Assembly: GCA_002269645.1 (NCBI GenBank)
Contig: NIVC01001463.1
Location: 1 to 64,000, forward strand
Source: Macrostomum lignano
Taxonomy: Eukaryota
Length of the DNA: 64,000 bases
Direction of reading: 5' to 3'
The notes below the pieces were generated by a model that searched no databases, was not told the DNA's origin, and saw only the letters and a list, made by a program, of their open reading frames with translations. Position 1 is the first letter of the stretch; every line of letters begins with the position of its first letter. Made by a program: the position numbers and the translations under genes. Shown here in pieces: positions 1-52,844 of this stretch.

Positions 1-660
1 CAGTCCCCTGTCTCTCCTCTCAGTCCCCTGTCTCTCCTCTCTTCCCCTGTCTCTCCTCTCTGTCCCCTGTCTCTCCTCTCTGTCCCTGTCTCTCCTCTCT
101 GTCCCCTGTCTCTCCTCTCAGTCCCCTGTCTCTCCTCTCAGTCCCCTGTCTCTCCTCTCTGTCCCTGTCTCTCCTCTCTGTCCCCTGTCTCTCCTCTCTG
201 TCTGTCTCTCCTCTCTGTCCCCTGTCCTCCTCTCTGTCCCTGTCTCTCCTCTCTGTCCCCTGTCTCTCCTCTCTGTCCCCTGTCTCTCCTCTCTGTCCCC
301 TGTCTCTCCTTCTGTCCCTGTCTCTCCTCTCTGTCCCTGTCTCTCCTCTCAGTCCCCTGTCTCTCGTCTCTCTTTTCCTGTTTGTCGTCTCTGTCCCCTG
401 TCTCTCCTCTCTGTCCCCTGTCTTCTCCTCTCTGTCCCTCTGTCTCTCCTCTCTGTCCCCTGTCTCTCCACTTTGTCCCTGTCTCTCCTCTTTGTCCCCT
501 GTCTCTCCTCTTGTCCCTGTCTCTCCTCTTTGTCTGTCTCCCTCTCTGTCCCTGTCTCTCTCTCTCCCTGTCTCTCCTCTGTCTCTCCTCTTTCTTACCT
601 GTCTCTTCTCTCTCTACCTGTCTCTACTCTTTCTTCCATGTCTCTCCGCTTTCCACTGTC
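1..660. repeat. Intronic CT-rich minisatellite, ~20 bp (CTGTCCCCTGTCTCTCCTCT)
   Basis: Tandem units degenerating rightwards. Confidence 0.9.
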
Positions 661-750
661 TCTCCTGTCATTTCATACACTACTTTGTTATTGTTTAGTA
701 GCCTAGATCGTTATAAACCCCAGCGCTCTCCACTTAACGCCACCTCCCAG

Positions 751-37536
<36,786 letters not shown>

Positions 37537-37589
37537 GTGTTCCAGGCTTGGATACTGTTAATTACTAGGCTGATTGACATTGCTGTCCG

Positions 37590-38660
<1,071 letters not shown>

Positions 38661-38994
38661 GCAGAGCCTTAAGTATGTCAGTTTGACTCTAAAAAGGCAC
38701 GCAACAGGCGCAAATACTGTAGCTTATCTGCCCGACACTATAATTCAGTCGGTTTGTTATGGCTATTACAGAAATAAGAAAAAATACACAAAAATACTCA
38801 AAACCCTGGCAGGCTTGCCGAATCTCTGGTGTTTGGCGAAAGCCTTTTTTATGCAAAATATTTGCGTTTGATAAAAACGTGGGCTCATGCTATCTGTGGT
38901 GTGTAAAATTTTGAATTGAGTATATGATATTATGGAATGCATTTAAACTGCATACGCTCGTAAATATTTGCTCGAGTGTTTCAGATTTCAGGTT

Positions 38995-41138
38995 GGATTC
39001 TCCTGACAGATCAGATAATGTCAGACTGAAGTCTCCTGACAGATTAGATGATGTCAGACTGAAGTCTCCTGACAGATTAGATGATGTCAGACTGAAGTCT
39101 CCTGACAGATCAGATGATGTCAGACTGAAGTCTCCTGACAGATCAGATGATGTCAGACTGAAGTCTCCTGACAGATTAGATGATGTCAGACTGAAGTCTC
39201 CTGACAGATTAGATGATGTCAGACTGAAGTCTCCTGACAGATTAGATGATGTCAGACTGAAGTCTCCTGACAGATCAGATGATGTCAGACTGAAGTCTCC
39301 TGACAGATCAGATGATGTCAGACTGAAGTCTCTTGACAGATCAGATGATGTCAGACTGAAGTCTCTTGACAGATCAGATGATGTCAGACTGAAGTCTCCT
39401 GACAGATCAGATGATGTCAGACTGAAGTCTCCTGACAGATTAGATGATGTCAGACTGAAGTCTCTTGACAGATCATATGATGTCAGACTGAAGTCTCCTG
39501 ACAGATTAGATGATGTCAGACTGAAGTCTCTTGACAGATCATATGATGTCAGACTGAAGTCTCCTGACAGATCAGATGATGTCAGACTGAAGTCTCCTGA
39601 CAGATCATATGATGTCAGACTGAAGTCTCCTGACAGATCAGATGATGTCAGACTGAAGTCTCTTGACAGATCATATGATGTCAGACTGAAGTCTCCTGAC
39701 AGATTAGATGATGTCAGACTGAAGTCTCCTGACAGATCAGATGATGTCAGACTGAAGTCTCTTGACAGATCATATGATGTCAGACTGAAGTCTCCTGACA
39801 GATCAGATGATGTCAGACTGAAGTCTCTTGACAGATCATATGATGTCAGACTGAAGTCTCCTGACAGATTAGATGATGTCAGACTGAAGTCTCCTGACAG
39901 ATTAGATGATGTCAGACTGAAGTCTCTTGACAGATCATATGATGTCAGACTGAAGTCTCCTGACAGATTAGATGATGTCAGACTGAAGTCTCCTGACAGA
40001 TCAGATGATGTCAGACTGAAGTCTCCTGACAGATCAGATGATGTCAGACTGAAGTCTCCTGACAGATCAGATGATGTCAGACTGAAGTCTCCTGACAGAT
40101 CAGATGATGTCAGACTGAAGTCTCCTGACAGATTAGATGATGTCAGACTGAAGTCTCCTGACAGATTAGATGATGTCAGACTGAAGTCTCCTGACAGATT
40201 AGATGATGTCAGACTGAAGTCTCCTGACAGATCAGATGATGTCAGACTGAAGTCTCCTGACAGATCAGATGATGTCAGACTGAAGTCTCTGACAGATCAG
40301 ATGATGTCAGACTGAAGTCTCTTGACAGATCAGATGATGTCAGACTGAAGTCTCCTGACAGATCAGATGATGTCAGACTGAAGTCTCCTGACAGATTAGA
40401 TGATGTCAGACTGAAGTCTCTTGACAGATCATATGATGTCAGACTGAAGTCTCCTGACAGATTAGATGATGTCAGACTGAAGTCTCTTGACAGATCATAT
40501 GATGTCAGACTGAAGTCTCCTGACAGATCAGATGATGTCAGACTGAAGTCTCCTGACAGATCATATGATGTCAGACTGAAGTCTCCTGACAGATCAGATG
40601 ATGTCAGACTGAAGTCTCTTGACAGATCATATGATGTCAGACTGAAGTCTCCTGACAGATTAGATGATGTCAGACTGAAGTCTCCTGACAGATCAGATGA
40701 TGTCAGACTGAAGTCTCTTGACAGATCATATGATGTCAGACTGAAGTCTCCTGACAGATCAGATGATGTCAGACTGAAGTCTCTTGACAGATCATATGAT
40801 GTCAGACTGAAGTCTCCTGACAGATTAGATGATGTCAGACTGAAGTCTCCTGACAGATTAGATGATGTCAGACTGAAGTCTCTTGACAGATCATATGATG
40901 TCAGACTGAAGTCTCCTGACAGATTAGATGATGTCAGACTGAAGTCTCCTGACAGATCAGATGATGTCAGACTGAAGTCTCCTGACAGATCAGATGATGT
41001 CAGACTGAAGTCTCCTGACAGATCAGATGATGTCAGACTGAAGTCTCCTGACAGATCAGATGATGTCAGACTGAAGTCTCCTGACAGATCAGATGATGTC
41101 AGACTGAAGTCTCCTGACAGATTAGATGATGTCAGACT
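38995..41138. repeat. 33-bp minisatellite (GATGATGTCAGACTGAAGTCTCCTGACAGATCA)
   Basis: About 65 copies. The unit is an imperfect palindrome (TGTCAG AC TGAA GT CT C CTGACA). Confidence 0.97.
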
Positions 41139-41574
41139 GTCAAGTCAGATTATGATAAGGGTAAATTTGAAACCAAAGAGAGTCAGTCGAAACAAAGTTG
41201 AAGATATAAAACTATTAGAACTAAATTTTTAATTCTTATTTTAAAAATGTTCCCACGACAAAAGAATGTATTAATTTGAGTTATTTCAAGTTTAGCTCAA
41301 AAAGGAACGCCCAAAATCGATTGACGAGCATAGCTTATCGCTCAGCTAGGCTAGATTGCGAAGTTAAGTTACGCTGGCATGACAGACAAGAGACGGGCAT
41401 TCCACTGTCGAGTTCGACCGCACTTCCAAATTGGCCTCTCTAGTGCGCTCGAGCCGTTGTTTTAGCCTTGCATTCATTTTAATTCAAATTCGCTGTCTTA
41501 TTGTAGCGGATATATGCAGATCCTAAGCTGGGAAAATGCACTGCAATTGACTGTTAATTTGTCAGCGTCAAGCT

Positions 41575-42205
<631 letters not shown>

Positions 42206-42531
42206 ACGGACAGCTGGTTGAGTGCTTTTCGAGCGGCGGCGACTTCTTCAACTACTGTATCCGCGTGTAATATACATATTATACACTGTAGATATAATGA
42301 GTATATATCTGGCTCGTATTTTATGTACAGCGAGGTCGATATTGTCTAACTGGGCCAATTTGTATAAGCGCTCTCTAGTTTAGATATGGGATATAGAGCT
42401 GGCCTTTCTCTCCCACCCCCTCCTACTCAACACCCTACGCCACCCCTACTCTCTGCCCATTTTCTCCCTCTGTGTCTGCTGGGCGATGCGCCACATTCCA
42501 ATTGGACAAAAATGCAATTACAGAGCTCGTT

Positions 42532-43377
42532 CTAGTGCTTATAGCCATGGAGACTCAGAACTGCATCCTGGTAGACCCACTCTTCCTCGATGCTGCCATT
42601 CTCAGAGAACTGTAGGCTGATTATAGTTTTGCTTTTTTTAGTTTGAGTATTTCAGTAAAAACTCGTTGAATTCTTAGTGAGAGAATCCCGCTATTAGAGA
42701 CTTGCTTTTCACTGTAGCTGTAGCTGTCATTGGCATCAAATTATGGTATCCCATCTAATCTAATCCATCTAATTTTGTAATTAAACTTTTAACCGCTTGA
42801 GGGTTAAATGCTTCTTCATAACTTTTGTTGGCATTAGCTCATAGGCTGCAGTTTGGATTGCTTGACAAAAGAGGAAAAAGAAATTCTATTCTATTTTGTG
42901 CGCGAACTGTCACCTCTGCAGTCAGCCTACAGTTGTCTGCAAATGGCGATTCGGGCAAGGTCGATAAGGCATTCCAGGTTCTTGTTCTTCGGTGTCCTTG
43001 GCTCAGCTTGGTTGAGTATAGAGTATTTTTGAAATTGGGGAGAAGAGAGAGGAGGGTCTGAGACAAACAGGTGTTGTTATAGTCGGGACTGGTTGGTTGG
43101 TAGCTTGCCTACTGCTCCCGGAACTGACTAAGCCATACATACACTCGTGCATACAGCAATTACGCTCATACCTGTTCGATATCATTGCTTGCACCACTGG
43201 CTAAAAGAGCCATAACAGTTCTTTTTTATCGGCTCTGAACAGGCGCATGGGTTTAGAAACCATTAACTATCCCCTCTAATCTGCTCGCTTCACTTATCGA
43301 CCTGGCAACGGAGCTGAGCCGGGAAAGGCGGCGCCATGGTACGACTTAAGCTGGCCATTAGTAGGCTCCTTCACAAC
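42532..43377 (-). CDS. Possible 3' end of an unidentified minus-strand gene (4 short exons)
   Basis: Exons 43377-43302, 43200-43172, 43006-42914 and 42609-42532 join in consistent phase with GT-AG introns and end at TAG. No homology recognised. Confidence 0.3.
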
Positions 43378-43629
43378 CTGGTGAGTGCTGCGCTGCATTT
43401 TCAGCACAAATTAATTGGACTATTATTAGTTAGCCATAAGAGTACTGTATATACTGTATACGTGCTAGCAAGAAATGTAAGATTATAAATTACCAATAAG
43501 GCATTCCTCCATGCCAAGTGCGTAGTAGGTGCACTAATTATGACTTTTTCATTATGAGTCTTAAAGTAAAAATACTTGTAGTACCCTTGTACATTTATCT
43601 CTGCTTTGGGCCGATAGCAATTTTGTGTA

Positions 43630-45526
43630 GGGCTGCCACTACTCTCTTTGATCCTTTGGATTGGGACTGCCACTACTCTCTTTGATCCTTTGGATTGGGG
43701 CTGCCACTACTCTCTGATTCTTTTGGATTGGTCTACCACTACTCTCTTTGATCCTTTGGATTGGGGCTGCCACTACTCTCTTTGATCCTTTGGATTGGGG
43801 CTGCCACTACTCTCTTTGATCCTTTGGATTGGGACTGCCACTACTCTCTTTGATCCTTTGGATTGGGGCTGCCACTACTCTCTTTGATCCTTTGGATTGG
43901 GACTGCCACTACTCTCTTTGATCCTTTGGATTGGGGCTGCCACTACTCTCTGATTCTTTTGGATTGGTCTACCACTACTCTCTTTGATCCTTTGGATTGG
44001 GGCTGCCACTACTCTCTTTGATCCTTTGGATTGGGGCTGCCACTACTCTCTTTGATCCTTTGGATTGGGGCTGCCACTACTCTCTTTGATCCTTTGGATT
44101 GGGGCTGCCACTACTCTCTTTGATCCTTTGGATTGGGGCTGCCACTACTCTCTTTGATCCTTTGGATTGGGGCTGCCACTACTCTCTTTGATCCTTTGGA
44201 TTGGGGCTGCCACTACTCTCTTTGATCCTTTGGATTGGGGCTGCCACTACTCTCTTTGATCCTTTGGATTGGGGCTGCCACTACTCTCTTTGATCCTTTG
44301 GATTGGGGCTGCCACTACTCTCTTTGATCCTTTGGATTGGGGCTGCCACTACTCTCTTTGATCCTTTGGATTGGGGCTGCCACTACTCTCTTTGATTCTT
44401 TTGTATTGGTCTGCCACTACTCTCTTTGATCCTTTGGATTGGGGCTGCCACTACTCTCTTTGATCCTTTGGATTGGGACTGCCACTACTCTCTTTGATCC
44501 TTTGGATTGGGGCTGCCACTACTCTCTTTGATCCTTTGGATTGGGGCTGCCACTACTCTCTTTAATCCTTTGGATTGGTACTGCCACTACTCTCTTTGAT
44601 CCTTTGGATTGGGGCTGCCACTACTCTCTTTGATTCTTTTGTATTGGTCTGCCACTACTCTCTTTGATCCTTTGGATTGGGGCTGCCACTACTCTCTTTG
44701 ATCCTTTGGATTGGTACTGCCACTACTCTCTTTGATCCTTTGGATTGGGGCTGCCACTACTCTCTTTGATCCTTTGGATTGGGGCTGCCACTACTCTCTT
44801 TAATCCTTTGGATTAGGGCTGCCACTACTCTCTTTAATCCTTTGGATTAGGGCTGCCACTACTCTCTTTGATCCTTTGGATTGGTCTGCCACTACTCTCT
44901 TTGATTCTTTGGATTGGTCTGCCACTACTCTCTTTGATCCTTTGGATTGGGGCTGCCACTACTCTCTTTGATCCTTTGGATTGGGGCTGCCACTACTCTC
45001 TTTGATCCTTTGGATTGGGGCTGCCACTACTCTCTTTGATCCTTTGGATTGGGGCTGCCACTACTCTCTTTGATCCTTTGGATTGGGGCTGCCACTACTC
45101 TCTTTGATCCTTTGGATTAGGGCTGCCACTATTCTCTTTGATCCTTTGGATTGGTCTGCCACTACTCTCTTTGATCCTTTGGATTGGTCTGCCACTACTC
45201 TCTTTGATTCTTTGGATTGGTCTGCCACTACTCTCTTTGATCCTTTGGATTGGGGCTGCCACTACTCTCTTTGATCCTTTGGATTGGGGCTGCCACTACT
45301 CTCTTTGATCCTTTGGATTGGGGCTGCCACTACTCTCTTTGATCCTTTGGATTGGGGCTGCCACTACTCTCTTTGATCCTTTGGATTGGGGCTGCCACTA
45401 CTCTCTTTGATCCTTTGGATTAGGGCTGCCACTATTCTCTTTGATCCTTTGGATTGGGGCTGCCACTACTCTCTTTGATCCTTTGGATTAGGGCTGCCAC
45501 TATTCTCTTTGATCCTTTGGATTGGT
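43630..45526. repeat. 34-bp minisatellite (GATCCTTTGGATTGGGGCTGCCACTACTCTCTTT)
   Basis: About 56 copies. Confidence 0.97.
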
Positions 45527-46231
45527 CAGACGGTTTAATCTCCTTTAGTCAAGAGTGTTACAGATATGCAAACAAATTTTTGTTTATTAGAATTTTTAGT
45601 CAAAAAATGATTATATCGTAAGAAAGTCAGAGAGCAAATGCAGATACCAGTTAGCCAATGGGTGACATTTAGCGCAGTGTGTAAATATAAGACTGTTTTG
45701 TTTGCCTTCGCTTTGCCAGTGTTGCCATGCAGGGTATTTCGTTAGCCTTATGCGTCATCTAGCCGGCCATGTAGGCGCACTATAATAAGGCAAATATTCG
45801 ATAGCATAATAGCGCACCGGCCGCTAATATACAGAGCCGCCTGACTTTGAGTAAATGCCATAGAAAGAGATAAAAATAAGACGTTGAGAGCAAACTTTTT
45901 GAGAGGCCGTTTTTAATGAAAGAAAAATGCGAAGATTTCTGTTGCGCTGCGTTACCAAAGCGTCAAGGTGCGCAGTTCGAAGCCTAGCAACTGTCTGGCC
46001 AGGGCTAGAGATTAGCGTTGGCAATAAATCACCTGGAGTGTTGAGAAACAGATGGCGACGCCTACTGTACAGGGTAAGACTGCGCTATCGCTAAAGTTCA
46101 GATTACGACTGGGTGCGCTGTGCGCGATTCTGACTTTGCTAGGAGCAGATGGAGTTTAAAACAGTCCGAAACAGTGTATTTAGCCATGAAAAACTAAATC
46201 TGAGCAATTCCCCCTGAGCCACGGCTCACAG

Positions 46232-48030
<1,799 letters not shown>

Positions 48031-48126
48031 GCGGCCTCGAGTTCTGTGAATTGGCGCCGGAATTATGGAGCTAAAAGTGATGATCTAAACCCAAGCGATT
48101 GCAATCAAATAAAGGCCTATGCAGAC

Positions 48127-51100
48127 TAAGGGATGAATGGCAGTCTAAGGGATGAATGGCAGTCTAATGGTTGGATTAATGGCAGTCTAAGGGATGAATG
48201 GCAGTCTAATGGTTGGATTAATGGCAGTCTAAGGGATGGATGAATGGCAGTCTAATGGTTGGATTAATGGCAGTCTAACGGTTGGGTGAATGGCAGTCTA
48301 AGGGATGAATGGCAGTCTAATGGTTGGATTAATGGCAGTCTAACGGATGGGTGAATGGCAGTCTAAGGGATGGATGAATGGCAGTCTAATGGTTGGATTA
48401 ATGGCAGTCTAACGGTTGGGTGAATGGCAGTCTAAGGGATGAATGGCAGTCTAAGGGATGAATGGCAGTCTAACGGTTGGGTGAATGGCAGTCTAACGGC
48501 TGGGTGAATGGCAGTCTAAGGGATGAATGGCAGTCTAATGGTTGGATTAATGGCAGTCTAAGGGATGAATGGCAGTCTAATGGTTGGATTAATGGCAGTC
48601 TAAGGGATGGATGAATGGCAGTCTAATGGTTGGATTAATGGCAGTCTAACGGTTGGGTGAATGGCAGTCTAAGGGATGAATGGCAGTCTAAGGGATGAAT
48701 GGCAGTCTAATGGTTGGATTAATGGCAGTCTAAGGGATGAATGGCAGTCTAATGGTTGGATTAATGGCAGTCTAAGGGATGAATGGCAGTCTAATGGTTG
48801 GATTAATGGCAGTCTAACGGTTGGGTGAATGGCAGTCTAATGGTTGGATTAATGGCAGTCTAACGGTTGGGTGAATGGCAGTCTAAGGGATGAATGGCAG
48901 TCTAATGGTTGGATTAATGGCAGTCTAAGGGATGGATGAATGGCAGTCTAATGGTTGGATTAATGGCAGTCTAATGGTTGGATGAATGGCAGTCTAATGG
49001 TTGGATGAATGGCAGTCTAAGGGATGGATGAATGGCAGTCTAATGGTTGGATTAATGGCAGTCTAAGGGATGGATGAATGGCAGTCTAATGGTTGGATTA
49101 ATGGCAGTCTAATGGTTGGATGAATGGCAGTCTAATGGTTGGATGAATGGCAGTCTAAGGGATGGATGAATGGCAGTCTAAGGGATGGATGAATGGCAGT
49201 CTAATGGTTGGATTAATGGCAGTCTAAGGGATGGATGAATGGCAGTCTAATGGTTGGATTAATGGCAGTCTAAGGGATGGATGAATGGCAGTCTAATGGT
49301 TGGATTAATGGCAGTCTAATGGTTGGATGAATGGCAGTCTAATGGTTGGATGAATGGCAGTCTAAGGGATGGATGAATGGCAGTCTAAGGGATGGATGAA
49401 TGGCAGTCTAATGGTTGGATTAATGGCAGTCTAAGGGATGGATGAATGGCAGTCTAATGGTTGGATGAATGGCAGTCTAATGGTTGGATGAATGGCAGTC
49501 TAAGGGATGGATGAATGGCAGTCTAATGGTTGGATGAATGGCAGTCTAAGGGATGGATGAATGGCAGTCTAAGGGATGGATGAATGGCAGTCTAATGGTT
49601 GGATTAATGGCAGTCTAAGGGATGGATGAATGGCAGTCTAATGGTTGGATTAATGGCAGTCTAATGGTTGGATGAATGGCAGTCTAATGGTTGGATGAAT
49701 GGCAGTCTAAGGGATGGATGAATGGCAGTCTAAGGGATGGATGAATGGCAGTCTAATGGTTGGATTAATGGCAGTCTAAGGGATGGATGAATGGCAGTCT
49801 AATGGTTGGATTAATGGCAGTCTAAGGGATGGATGAATGGCAGTCTAATGGTTGGATTAATGGCAGTCTAATGGTTGGATGAATGGCAGTCTAATGGTTG
49901 GATTAATGGCAGTCTAAGGGATGGATGAATGGCAGTCTAATGGTTGGATGAATGGCAGTCTAAGGGATGGATGAATGGCAGTCTAAGGGATGGATGAATG
50001 GCAGTCTAATGGTTGGATGAATGGCAGTCTAATGGTTGGATGAATGGCAGTCTAAGGGATGGATGAATGGCAGTCTAATGGTTGGATGAATGGCAGTCTA
50101 AGGGATGGATGAATGGCAGTCTAAGGGATGGATGAATGGCAGTCTAATGGTTGGATGAATGGCAGTCTAATGGTTGGATGAATGGCAGTCTAAGGGATGG
50201 ATGAATGGCAGTCTAAGGGATGGATGAATGGCAGTCTAATGGTTGGATGAATGGCAGTCTAATGGTTGGATGAATGGCAGTCTAAGGGATGGATGAATGG
50301 CAGTCTAATGGTTGGATGAATGGCAGTCTAAGGGATGGATGAATGGCAGTCTAAGGGATGGATGAATGGCAGTCTAATGGTTGGATGAATGGCAGTCTAA
50401 TGGTTGGATGAATGGCAGTCTAAGGGATGGATGAATGGCAGTCTAATGGTTGGATGAATGGCAGTCTAAGGGATGAATGGCAGTCTAAGGGATGAATGGC
50501 AGTCTAAGGGATGGATGGCAGTCTAAGGGATGAATGGCAGTCTAAGGGATGAATGGCAGTCTAAGGGATGGATGGCAGTCTAAGGGATGAATGGCAGTCT
50601 AAGGGATGAATGGCAGTCTAAGGGATGGATGGCAGTCTAAGGGATGAATGGCAGTCTAAGGGATGGATGGCAGTCTAAGGGATGAATGGCAGTCTAAGGG
50701 ATGAATGGCAGTCTAAGGGATGAATGGCAGTCTAAGGGATGAATGGCAGTCTAAGGGATGGATGGCAGTCTAAGGGATGAATGGCAGTCTAAGGGATGAA
50801 TGGCAGTCTAAGGGATGGATGGCAGTCTAAGGGATGAATGGCAGTCTAAGGGATGGATGGCAGTCTAAGGGATGAATGGCAGTCTAAGGGATGAATGGCA
50901 GTCTAAGGGATGAATGGCAGTCTAAGGGATGAATGGCAGTCTAAGGGATGGATGGCAGTCTAAGGGATGAATGGCAGTCTAAGGGATGAATGGCAGTCTA
51001 AGGGATGGATGGCAGTCTAAGGGATGAATGGCAGTCTAAGGGATGGATGGCAGTCTAAGGGATGAATGGCAGTCTAAGGGATGGATGGCAGTCTAAGGGA

Positions 51101-52007
51101 TGAATGGCAGTCTAAGGGATGAATGGCAGTCTAAGGGATGGATGGCAGTCTAAGGGATGAATGGCAGTCTAAGGGATGAATGGCAGTCTAAGGGATGGAT
51201 GGCAGTCTAAGGGATGAATGGCAGTCTAAGGGATGGATGGCAGTCTAAGGGATGAATGGCAGTCTAAGGGATGAATGGCAGTCTAAGGGATGGATGGCAG
51301 TCTAAGGGATGAATGGCAGTCTAAGGGATGAATGGCAGTCTAAGGGATGGATGGCAGTCTAAGGGATGAATGGCAGTCTAAGGGATGAATGGCAGTCTAA
51401 GGGATGAATGGCAGTCTAAGGGATGAATGGCAGTCTAAGGGATGGATGGCAGTCTAAGGGATGGATGGCAGTCTAAGGGATGAATGGCAGTCTAAGGGAT
51501 GAATGGCAGTCTAAGGGATGAATGGCAGTCTAAGGGATGGATGGCAGTCTAAGGGATGGATGGCAGTCTAAGGGATGAATGGCAGTCTAAGGGATGAATG
51601 GCAGTCTAAGGGATGGATGGCAGTCTAAGGGATGGATGGCAGTCTAAGGGATGAATGGCAGTCTAAGGGATGAATGGCAGTCTAAGGGATGAATGGCAGT
51701 CTAAGGGATGGATGGCAGTCTAAGGGATGGATGGCAGTCTAAGGGATGGATGGCAGTCTAAGGGATGGATGGCAGTCTAAGGGATGGATGGCAGTCTAAG
51801 GGATGAATGGCAGTCTAAGGGATGAATGGCAGTCTAAGGGATGAATGGCAGTCTAAGGGATGGATGGCAGTCTAAGGGATGAATGGCAGTCTAAGGGATG
51901 AATGGCAGTCTAAGGGATGAATGGCAGTCTAAGGGATGGATGGCAGTCTAAGGGATGGATGGCAGTCTAAGGGATGGATGGCAGTCTAAGGGATGGATGG
52001 CAGTCTA
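48127..52007. repeat. Mosaic 19-23-bp satellite with constant core ATGGCAGTCTAA
   Basis: About 3.9 kb. Variant linkers GGGATGA, GGGATGG, GGGATGGATGA and TGGTTGGAT(T/G)A. Confidence 0.97.
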
Positions 52008-52683
52008 ATAAAGGGACTTGGGCTATATGACACCTGGAGACTAAAAGACACCTCAAGTCAACTAAAAGTTCGAAAAGTAGCCGATCACGGTCTGCTGGGT
52101 GTGGGGCTTACTTCGGGTTGAATTCCGGTGCTCAATTTGACACCCCTTAACTGCTACCAGCTTTTTTAAATCTGATTTTCCTAGCAGCATATTATTAAAT
52201 TTATTCAGTATTTAACTGTGCCAAGTTCTGTCCGAGAATGAACGCATTAAAGAGATGGGAAGTTTTCTGTGACTTTGAAAATAAAATTACTTTTGCTCGT
52301 TTTTTTTATTTCCTTAGTTGCCACCCAAGCTTCATAAAACACGAATATATTTATTTCGGCACCGTTTCCATTGTCATAATGTTTGCAATATTTCATATTT
52401 AATGCTAACTAACATGACTTTGCTTGAGCTCATTGCTAATCGGAGAGGATTTTGCTTTTTTAATTACTGTTTTCCTACAGTACCTTTACAGTATTGCACA
52501 TGATAGAATTTTTTTAACAAACTTTTTTTGACGTTCAGCATATGCTTCGAGTTTGGTGCTGTTTGACATTACCATGGCAACCAGTATATGATTGATCGCT
52601 GAATTCTCATTAAATGTTGTGATTTGATCCTGCTATACTCATATGCGCCTTTTTTTCTAGCTTGCTTGCACTTTCATCTACGG

Positions 52684-52844
52684 GGGTCGCCATCATAAAC
52701 CCAAAAAATCACAACTCCGAAAGCACTTACCATCATAAACCCGAAAGATCATAACTCCGAAAACCAAAATAGTGTTGGACATTGCTAGAACTTTCGGAGT
52801 TATGATATTTCGGAGTTGTGATTTTTCGGGTTTGTGATGCCCCC
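52684..52844. mobile_element. MULE-type MITE, 161 bp
   Basis: 9-bp TSD CATCTACGG at 52675-52683 and 52845-52853. Imperfect TIRs built from ATCA(T/C)AA(A/C)(C/T)CCGAAA subrepeats. Confidence 0.75.

Noticed and set aside
42925-43008. SOCS-box-like LIDLARIAICRQL in an alternative minus frame
   Set aside because: The frame hits TAG immediately and I found no phase-compatible flanking exons.
48127-52007. CRISPR-like look (constant core with variable linkers)
   Set aside because: Linkers are only a handful of recurring 7-11-nt variants, not unique spacers. The context is eukaryotic and there are no cas genes.
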